Source: Bdellovibrionales bacterium (lineage in GTDB: Bacteria > Bdellovibrionota > Bdellovibrionia > Bdellovibrionales > JAGQZY01). From it: a DNA stretch of 14,852 bases. The stretch spans positions 1 through 14,852 of the forward strand of contig JANPLN010000053.1 of the NCBI GenBank assembly GCA_031426555.1, given 5' to 3'. Positions 8,244 to 14,852 of the stretch are shown here, in pieces; positions within the stretch are counted from its first letter, which is position 1, and each line of letters starts with the position of its first letter. The translations under genes were made by a program, and so were the position numbers. A model generated the notes under the pieces. That model did no database searches, was not told the DNA's origin, and saw only the letters and a list, made by a program, of their open reading frames with translations.

Positions 8244-9767
8244 TTAAGCCTGCATTACATCACGTGTAGGATGATTTCTCACAAGCGCCGCAAACAATAA
8301 TCCCGCTAAGAAGATCAACCCGGCAAACAACATAAAAAAGCCGCCCGTTCCTTCTTCGAAGATTTCGACTTTTACTATCAACGCTGTAAGCAAGTTACCC
8401 AAAAACACGGTGAGCAACCAAAAACTCATGATCACTGACTTCATACTTTTTGGCGCTTGGGTATACGCAAATTCAAGCCCAGTGATGGAAATCATCACTT
8501 CGGCGGCGGTCATTAAACAGTAAGGAATGGTTTGCCAGTAGATGTGCATTGGAACGCCTTGATCCATCTGAAACTGAATCAAACCCACAGTCGCAAAACC
8601 AAACGCTGCCATCATAAATCCCCAGCCCATTTTACGAAGGGGCGTTAACGGGTAAAACTTATTCACAGCGGGATAAATTCCAAACGTAAAGATCGGGATC
8701 ATCACCATCACAAAAACCGGATTCAAGGCCGAAAACTGCGAAGATAAAATTTCGCCTTCAAAAAGCGTCCACCCAAAGATATCAATCTTTGTTGTGCGAA
8801 CCATTTTTTCAGCCTGCAAAACCCATGTGGACGCATGCTGGTCGAAAAGCGCCCAAAAAACTGTTACTGAGGCAAAAACCTTGGCGATGCTCAAGGCAAT
8901 CGTAAACTCGCCAACGCGTTTTGCAGAATGGTTTTTCTCGGCATACTTCCAAAATGCACCAAGCCCTAAAAGCACAATGAGAACGCCAACGACGAGTGCG
9001 GCAACAAACCCACCGGTCAGTCCGTAGTAGTAGAGACAGGCCACCACGATCAGAGCGTAAACGAGCAGACCTATATTTTGAACGGCTTTGGATTTTGTAC
9101 CCAGTTTTAAGTTGTTATAAATTCCTTTTGTAAGAATAGACCAAAAGCTATCTGGATCTGGGCCCGAAGGGGGCACTTGTACATAATGCCGAGTTCCCAG
9201 CCAAAAAATAAACGTCGCGATAAACATTAATACACCGGGAACACCGAATGCCACGGTTGGGCCATACCACTTCAAAGTGAGTGGAGTAAGTATCGTCGAA
9301 AAGAAAGAACCGAAATTGATCATAAAATAAAACAAGCTGTAAACCTTGGTCAGCAACTCTTTTTGCGTCGGAGCAAACTGATCTCCCACAAAGGCCGAAA
9401 TGCACGGTTTAATTCCACCAGCACCCAAAGCAATGAGCCCAAGCCCTGCATAAAGCCCCATTTGGTATTTTTCAAAAATGGCCAGCGTGGCGTGGCCCGC
9501 GCAGTAAAAGAGAGATAGATAAAGAATTGTTTTGTAGCGGCCCCAAAAACGATCCGCAATATAGGCACCAGCAAGTGGCAGCAAATAACAAACGCCCATA
9601 AATAAGTGCATCACTTCCGTGGCGTGAACCCGGTCCATCAATAAAAACTGAGTCATAAAAATGATGAGAATCGAGCGCATGCCGTAATAGCTGTAGCGTT
9701 CGCATCCCTCGTTCCCAACGATGTATTTAATCTGTGGCGGAAACCCCGCGGACTTGCTTTTGGCCAT
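8244..9767 (-). CDS. POT/PTR2-family proton-dependent oligopeptide transporter (MFS), 507 aa
   Basis: EGCERYSYYG (ExxERFxYY variant), GAYIADRFWGRYKTI, GAGGIKPC, FYFMINFGS and GLEFAYTQAPKSMKS. Start reassigned from 9914 to ATG 9767 because an AGGGGAG SD lies at 9780-9774 and family similarity begins there. Confidence 0.95.
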   Translation of the reverse strand: MAKSKSAGFPPQIKYIVGNEGCERYSYYGMRSILIIFMTQFLLMDRVHATEVMHLFMGVCYLLPLAGAYIADRFWGRYKTILYLSLFYCAGHATLAIFEKYQMGLYAGLGLIALGAGGIKPCISAFVGDQFAPTQKELLTKVYSLFYFMINFGSFFSTILTPLTLKWYGPTVAFGVPGVLMFIATFIFWLGTRHYVQVPPSGPDPDSFWSILTKGIYNNLKLGTKSKAVQNIGLLVYALIVVACLYYYGLTGGFVAALVVGVLIVLLGLGAFWKYAEKNHSAKRVGEFTIALSIAKVFASVTVFWALFDQHASTWVLQAEKMVRTTKIDIFGWTLFEGEILSSQFSALNPVFVMVMIPIFTFGIYPAVNKFYPLTPLRKMGWGFMMAAFGFATVGLIQFQMDQGVPMHIYWQTIPYCLMTAAEVMISITGLEFAYTQAPKSMKSVIMSFWLLTVFLGNLLTALIVKVEIFEEGTGGFFMLFAGLIFLAGLLFAALVRNHPTRDVMQA

Positions 9768-9798
9768 GATACACTCCCCTTTTGTCAGGATTGAGTTC

Positions 9799-9914
9799 GT
9801 ATCACGCCGCATTCCCAAAAGGTACGCCGTACCTTTTAGTAAGGCAGCGCGTCCCGAAAGGGTACGGCGTACCGCAAGCGGTACGCCGTACCCTTTCGGG
9901 ATGCGGCGTGGCAC
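9799..9914. repeat. Nested palindromic element (REP/REPIN/MITE-like or structured RNA)
   Basis: Outer IR CACGCCGCAT (9803-9812) / ATGCGGCGTG (9901-9910). Perfect 24-bp IR at 9852-9875 / 9878-9901. 10-1-10 palindrome at 9817-9837. Three copies of GGTACGSCGTACC (9821, 9861, 9880). The structure is certain; its class is not. Confidence 0.85.
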
Positions 9915-10757
9915 CTACTGATTCGGCGCAATAGATGGTGGGTCTTCGGATTTAGCAGCCTGGTAGCCATCGATGCGGATGGTTCTTTGTGGGAGGACAA
10001 TCTTGTGTTTTATGAAGGCGATGCGCACTTGCTCGCCGAAGGTGGATTGAAGATTTAACATCAATCGGCTCTCGCCCCACACGCCAAACTTTACATCCAT
10101 AAAATATTCGCCCATTTTTTCGACAATAAATAAGGGCTCGGGTTCTTCCAAACAGTACTGATTGTTCTCCACGATCTCGAGCAAGATTTTTTTAACTTTG
10201 TCCAAATCCTCCGTGTAGGCCAGCGAAAAGGTCATGTCGTGCCGGCGAATGGGGAAGTGACTGTAATTGGTCACTTGCGCCTTCATCACCACTTCGTTGG
10301 GAACGCGAATGAGCAAATTATCCACCGTCTTGATTCGCATGGACAGCAAATCCACCGACAAAACCTCGCCCTTCACACCGGTCACTTCGATAATGTCGCC
10401 AACCACAAAGGGTTTTTCAAAAATCATAAACAGCCCACTGATTAAGTTCGAAACCGAAGTTTGTGCGGCAAAACCCACCGCTAAACTCAAAACCCCAGCG
10501 GCTCCTAAAATCACTTTTAAATTCACGCCAAAAATTTTAAGCGCAATTAAAGCGGTCACCACAAAAAAGAAATATTTGATCATTTTCTGCACGACAAAAA
10601 TTCGCTGCAGATCCTTACCATCCCGATAAAAAAGCATTACTAAAAGGGAGACTAACTTATGCAAAAGATATCCCGCTAGTAAAACAAAAATGGCCTGGGA
10701 CATTTGCTTTACAAAGGCGTGCTCTAATAGTGTGGCAAAAAACGAGGAATCAATCAT
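9915..10757 (-). CDS. mscS: Small-conductance mechanosensitive channel (MscS family)
   Basis: GAAGVLSLAVGFAAQTSVSNLISG (TM3), EKPFVVGDIIEV, GEVLSVDLLS, RVPNE and TNYS motifs. ATG 10757 overlaps the upstream stop (ATGATTGA) and is preferred over the TTG at 10766. Confidence 0.93.
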   Translation of the reverse strand: MIDSSFFATLLEHAFVKQMSQAIFVLLAGYLLHKLVSLLVMLFYRDGKDLQRIFVVQKMIKYFFFVVTALIALKIFGVNLKVILGAAGVLSLAVGFAAQTSVSNLISGLFMIFEKPFVVGDIIEVTGVKGEVLSVDLLSMRIKTVDNLLIRVPNEVVMKAQVTNYSHFPIRRHDMTFSLAYTEDLDKVKKILLEIVENNQYCLEEPEPLFIVEKMGEYFMDVKFGVWGESRLMLNLQSTFGEQVRIAFIKHKIVLPQRTIRIDGYQAAKSEDPPSIAPNQ

Positions 10758-11553
10758 GGTGACCAAAAAAGTAAGCGATGGGGTTTAAAATCGAAGGATC
10801 AGGACTCTGTCGTGGACCGGTAATAAAAAAGTGATCGTCTTGATCTTTGGTAATCACATCCACCGTTTTGATGGAGCCCGAAGGATCGCGAATGTAATGA
10901 ATCACGTTGGTCACAAACAAACCGTCTTCTGTTTGATACAAAGACAGATGCGGTGCTGGTACCTTTAAGCGCTCCACATGAAGGGAGTCTTCGCCGCGGT
11001 TTTCGATTATCAACTGCGAAGTGGCACGATAAGGTCGATGCACCAATTCTTTTTTATCGAGAACAGCTTTAATCTTTGTGGAATAACAAACCGTCCCGAT
11101 AATCGTGGTCTCGCCAAACCAGGTGCGCGGGCTTAAGATCACTGGAATTTCCTGCACCAGTGCATAGGGCTGCTCGATTTCGATGCGCAAAAATAAGGGG
11201 ATGCTCATAAAAATTTTCACAGTTTCGCCTGGCAAAACCATGAGAGGCCTGGTGGGTTTGGCCACAAACGGCAAGTCCCCCAAAACTGGCGTCACTTTAA
11301 TAAAGCTATTGCAAGGTCGCGAGTAGGTGTAGCGCACCTGTGAATTTAAAATTTCGGGAACACTGCCGTTAAATGGAAGTTCCAAACGAAAGGAGTTGTC
11401 CAGGTAGTCGTTGGTCGAATACCAGCTCACTCTCCACTCTTGAAAAAAATGGCCAATGTACAAATTCAAAGGACCAAAGCGCAAAAACAAAATCTGGCCT
11501 TCTTCTAAGAAAAATGGACTGCGAAAGACTTTCAGCTCTTGGCTATCGAGCAT
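10750..11553 (-). CDS. Conserved hypothetical protein, DUF432-like
   Basis: 267 aa, translationally coupled on both sides. PVLGDLPFVAKP..VLPGETVKIFMSIPL and TWFG..GTVCYSTK resemble the DUF432-like proteins I recall beside mscS genes. Confidence 0.6.
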   Translation of the reverse strand: MLDSQELKVFRSPFFLEEGQILFLRFGPLNLYIGHFFQEWRVSWYSTNDYLDNSFRLELPFNGSVPEILNSQVRYTYSRPCNSFIKVTPVLGDLPFVAKPTRPLMVLPGETVKIFMSIPLFLRIEIEQPYALVQEIPVILSPRTWFGETTIIGTVCYSTKIKAVLDKKELVHRPYRATSQLIIENRGEDSLHVERLKVPAPHLSLYQTEDGLFVTNVIHYIRDPSGSIKTVDVITKDQDDHFFITGPRQSPDPSILNPIAYFFGHHD

Positions 11554-13684
11554 CTAAAAACGTCCTTCGCTCTTTGCTATAAACCCAATCGGTGAGTTTG
11601 TAGGAGGTTTGTTCTTTTTGAATGGTCTGTTCCACATATCCCACAAAGTGCAGCGGCAAGTTTTGTTTTTCAAAATGCTCGGCCACGGCGTCCAAATCGT
11701 TTCGTGGAATCAGTAAACAATGGCTGGGGCGTACTAAGTGCGGTTCCCACAAAAGATACTGTGACTCAGGAAACGCATCTCCGCGTCCCGACCAGTATCT
11801 AAAACCCCGCTGCCAGTTGCGATTGAGCAAAACATCCATGGGTTGTTCCCGCAGGATTTCGTTCACGCCATTCCAACGAGGAAGCTGGCTTAAGTTGACA
11901 CAAATCTTCCAGCCCTCGGGGCCCACACGTTTTACCAAATCGTTGATAAAACCTATTTCGGTGAGCGACAGCACGGACGCCGTTTTAGAAACCTCTTCCA
12001 GGTTTTCGGTGAAGATGGCTTGCGATTCGTTCAGCTCTGGCCAGATTTCGCTGAGCCACTCTCCCTGCCAAATGGATTTTCCTTGTTGCGACAATAAAGC
12101 ATACAATCCCAGCGGCCGAGTGAGCGCCATGTAGGCCATGGGCTCGGGCACTGCTTTTTGCACAAGCGGCCCCTGAGCACCCAAGGAAAACTGAACCGTG
12201 TTCATGGCTTGGCTGCACAAGTGAATTTTCATCTGCAATTTTTTCTGACATCCACGATAGGCGCCGCCGATGATTTGACTTAAAATCTCCACATCCTTAA
12301 TGGTGCTAGGAGCGCTCACGTACAGACGCAAATATTGCGGCTTTCCACCTTGCATGTAACTGCGATCCATCAAATCCAACGTTGTATGAAAGCTTGAAAG
12401 GTAATGATCGTTAAAAACATCCTTGTACTCACATTCGTACCAACCGGCGATGGAGTAGGAGGTTTGCGTAGTTTCGGAAAAAAGCGAATTCATTTCAGCT
12501 TCTTCTAAATCCAAGCGCAGTCGTTTTTTTAATTTATCCACAAACGAGTTTTCCTCGATGGCAGGATAAATTTGCGCATGCTTTTGCTCTTTCACCGCGC
12601 GCAACAGCTCCAATTGTTTTTTTAACTGACCTTGATGCTCATTATAGAGGCGCTCGCTTTGCGAAACAAAACCCCACTGCGACTGCAGGGCTTTCCCATC
12701 AAAGTACAAAACATCTTTCTTTTTAATTTTGTGAAATTCTTTTTTGGAATTGATCTCTAAGTGGTTTACCACATGCTCAACGGCCTGGGCGTGATCCTCC
12801 ACCGTCATGGAATTTGGTTTTACACCGATCACATCCCCACTTGCCAAAATGGCGGGATGATTTTTAAGTACATAATGCGGCAAACAGTCTAAACACCCAT
12901 CGCTGGTTACCGGTAACGACGACTTTTGCACCCACTCCGGCAGTTGCAACGGCGTAGTTAAAAAGACAATGTCGGCAGCAAAGGTGTGTTTGGGGTCGTA
13001 GGTATTCACCAGTTTAGAGTCGATAATGCTTTCCACCAAAAACTGGGTTCGCAAAAGAACGTCTTTGTTCTTGAGCTCCTTCTCTACAGTCTTGCGAATG
13101 GTGTTTTGATAGGTCGGCAGGATGGAATCTTGCTTTTCGAAAATTTCCCAGTGCACTTCCGAGCAATGCTTTTTTAAACGCTCTGGCAAATAACGGCTCA
13201 GCGCCACGGCTCGTTCGCCGCCGCCAACCACGGCCACGCGAAATTGGCTTGGGCGCATTTTAGCTAAACCTTGCTCCAGTTCCTTCAGCTTATTAAAAAA
13301 AGTAAAGCCATCGCGCACATAAAACCCATTTTCCAATAATTTTTTTGGATGATGGGGGCGCAGATCACCAATGTCTTCAATGGAAAGAAAGTCGTACTGA
13401 AGGCTTGCGCGATCGGTAAACTTTAATAGCTTTTTTTCGGTATCCACTTCTTCGACGGTGGATTGAATAAAAGTGACTCCAGCCAGTGTGCTGATTTTTC
13501 GTAAATCAATCATTGCCTCTGAAAGAGGCAATCTGCCCGTTAACACTTCCTCAAACGCAGGATTGTAAAAAACCTGAGGTTTTTGATTTACCAAAACGAT
13601 TTCCACGTCTGAATTGGAAACCTTCGCTTTGTTTCGAATGTAATGGATATGGCCTAAACCGCCACCTAAAAGGACAACTCTCAC
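11543..13684 (-). CDS. FAD-dependent pyridine nucleotide-disulfide oxidoreductase domain fused to a degenerate SelD (selenophosphate synthetase)-like domain
   Basis: GTG start with GGAGGT SD (13696-13691). N-terminal VVLLGGGLGH, LQYDFLSI, VAVVGGG and ASGD motifs. C-terminal SelD-like remnants DHY..YMQGGKP, LTRPLG, LTEIGF, LSQLPRWNGV and LLWEPH. Length 713 aa fits this fusion architecture. Confidence 0.7.
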   Translation of the reverse strand: MRVVLLGGGLGHIHYIRNKAKVSNSDVEIVLVNQKPQVFYNPAFEEVLTGRLPLSEAMIDLRKISTLAGVTFIQSTVEEVDTEKKLLKFTDRASLQYDFLSIEDIGDLRPHHPKKLLENGFYVRDGFTFFNKLKELEQGLAKMRPSQFRVAVVGGGERAVALSRYLPERLKKHCSEVHWEIFEKQDSILPTYQNTIRKTVEKELKNKDVLLRTQFLVESIIDSKLVNTYDPKHTFAADIVFLTTPLQLPEWVQKSSLPVTSDGCLDCLPHYVLKNHPAILASGDVIGVKPNSMTVEDHAQAVEHVVNHLEINSKKEFHKIKKKDVLYFDGKALQSQWGFVSQSERLYNEHQGQLKKQLELLRAVKEQKHAQIYPAIEENSFVDKLKKRLRLDLEEAEMNSLFSETTQTSYSIAGWYECEYKDVFNDHYLSSFHTTLDLMDRSYMQGGKPQYLRLYVSAPSTIKDVEILSQIIGGAYRGCQKKLQMKIHLCSQAMNTVQFSLGAQGPLVQKAVPEPMAYMALTRPLGLYALLSQQGKSIWQGEWLSEIWPELNESQAIFTENLEEVSKTASVLSLTEIGFINDLVKRVGPEGWKICVNLSQLPRWNGVNEILREQPMDVLLNRNWQRGFRYWSGRGDAFPESQYLLWEPHLVRPSHCLLIPRNDLDAVAEHFEKQNLPLHFVGYVEQTIQKEQTSYKLTDWVYSKERRTFLDAR

Positions 13685-13723
13685 TCAATCACCTCCATGA
13701 GATTGAATTTATTGCACTTAATC

Positions 13724-13751
13724 AGTTTAAGGGGACCCGGGCCTTAGTCAA
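13724..13751 (-). promoter_or_regulatory. Putative sigma70 promoter for the minus-strand gene run (TTGACT-16-TAAACT)
   Basis: Minus-strand TTGACT at 13751-13746 and TAAACT at 13729-13724, upstream of the SD of the 13684 CDS. Confidence 0.5.
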
Positions 13752-13855
13752 TGGGTTTCTTGCTATCATAAAAACTAATGGGAACGTTGCAATTCTAATA
13801 ATTTTTCTTATGTAATTTTTTCACCTAAAACTGGTTTCATCGATAGGGAGAATTT

Positions 13856-14335
13856 ATGAAAATGTTCTTAACTGTTCTTGTTTTAGTCTGTGGCCAAATC
13901 TGCTTTGCGAGCTCGCCGGAAACCCAAATCATTGCACTAATGACTTCTTTCGACCTAAACCCCGAGCGCTTTGATAGCAACGCCAACGCCGCAAAAGTTT
14001 CGGTGGACGAAAGTAACGAAACCATCCAGCTCACCGTCCGCTTCGCAGGCGCACAACGCCCACTGGTCGCAGAGCAAGTGATTATTTTGCCAATCGTTGA
14101 TAAATACGTTGGTGATTGCGGAACGATCGTGTTCGTCGCACAAAAGCCGTCACGCGCCATTGGCTCCCCTGTAGAAACAATGATCGTTACTGATTATAGC
14201 AAAATTGTTTGTCGCATGCTTATTCCCGCAGACAAAATGACAACTGTGCAACTTGGCGATGTGATCAAAGGTGAAAGCGAAGAACTCATTAACGAATCTG
14301 TTTTCACAGGCTTCGCTCTTCAACCTAGCTTCTAG
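13856..14335 (+). CDS. Secreted hypothetical protein
   Basis: GGGAG SD at 13846-13850. Sec signal peptide MKMFLTVLVLVCGQICFA. Beta-rich mature part with two Cys (DCG, VCR). Followed by a terminator. Confidence 0.8.
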   Translation: MKMFLTVLVLVCGQICFASSPETQIIALMTSFDLNPERFDSNANAAKVSVDESNETIQLTVRFAGAQRPLVAEQVIILPIVDKYVGDCGTIVFVAQKPSRAIGSPVETMIVTDYSKIVCRMLIPADKMTTVQLGDVIKGESEELINESVFTGFALQPSF

Positions 14336-14360
14336 TTTCTCATAAAATCAGTCGCAAAAC

Positions 14361-14392
14361 AAAAAAAGACTCCAGAAGGAGTCTTTTTTTTT
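14361..14392. terminator. Bidirectional intrinsic terminator
   Basis: A7-GACTCC-AGAA-GGAGTC-T9 between the convergent genes ending at 14335 and 14415; U tracts on both strands. Confidence 0.9.
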
Positions 14393-14414
14393 AGTTGTTT
14401 ACTAACCGTTAAAT

Positions 14415-14801
14415 TTAGTAACTACCACTGCAATATCTGTTAAAATCATAAGACTGACTTGTGCAATCTGTGATCTCGTTAGGATAAGAGTAGCGTTCAG
14501 GATCTTGACACTCAACTGCCAAGGCATTGTTCCTACAGTCTACACGATATCCTGTGCGAGCCTGACAATCCGTATAGTAGATGTAGTCTCTGCATTCACC
14601 GCCGTTATAACCATCGTCATTATCGAAACAATAGTCGTAATCAACGCGCTCATCGTCTTCATTGTAACAAACGTTACCGACAAGATGATATTTTGTTTTC
14701 TCAGGAGGAGGAGCCGCTCCGCCTCCACCTTTGCTTTTGCTACATGCAGAAGCAGTGATCGCTAATAAAACAAGTCCCACCCAAAATTTTAAACTTTTCA
14801 T
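14415..14801 (-). CDS. Cys/Tyr/Asp-rich hypothetical lipoprotein
   Basis: AAAGGGG SD at 14813-14807. Signal peptide ending TASAC (lipobox), GGGGAAPPP tether, then 8 further Cys. The ORF track sequence matches the minus strand. Confidence 0.8.
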   Translation of the reverse strand: MKSLKFWVGLVLLAITASACSKSKGGGGAAPPPEKTKYHLVGNVCYNEDDERVDYDYCFDNDDGYNGGECRDYIYYTDCQARTGYRVDCRNNALAVECQDPERYSYPNEITDCTSQSYDFNRYCSGSY

Positions 14802-14852
14802 ATAATCCCCTTTAAGTGATTTACAACAACCTATAGTCCAAGAATCGTTCCT

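Noticed and set aside
9803..9910. Possible CRISPR array or intrinsic terminator
   Set aside because: The three units are in mixed orientation with irregular gaps (27 and 6 nt between cores) and no cas genes are present. The main stem has no following U tract.
9768..9914. 49-aa N-terminal extension of the POT transporter given by the ORF track
   Set aside because: It is a translation of the palindromic element. The strong SD and the family-like sequence begin at ATG 9767. Kept only as a low-interest read-through hypothesis.
9721..9921. 66-aa plus-strand ORF across the palindrome
   Set aside because: Mirror of the palindromic DNA, antisense to the POT start, and no SD.
12440..12600. Possible selenocysteine (UGA) recoding in the SelD-like gene
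   Set aside because: The ORF is continuous with no in-frame TGA at the expected catalytic position, and it ends in TAG.

Overview
Gene-dense bacterial chromosomal window using the standard genetic code. The gene set and the style of the secreted hypothetical proteins suggest a Bdellovibrionota-like organism (inference only). Left part is housekeeping: sucA and the 5' end of sucB (minus strand), divergent from lgt, a FabMG-type enoyl-ACP reductase and a short RNase Z-like metallo-beta-lactamase (plus strand). The middle is a tightly packed six-gene minus-strand run (13684->6473): FAD-oxidoreductase::SelD-like fusion, DUF432-like protein, MscS channel, POT peptide transporter, DUF2846 lipoprotein, and a double zinc-ribbon::rhomboid-like protein. 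Both enzyme-like genes at the ends of this run appear to have lost their catalytic motifs. A 116-bp nested palindromic element sits between mscS and the POT gene. The right end has a secreted hypothetical protein and a Cys-rich lipoprotein converging on a bidirectional terminator. No rRNA, tRNA, CRISPR or transposase was seen. Family calls come from motif recognition by eye; no searches were run.
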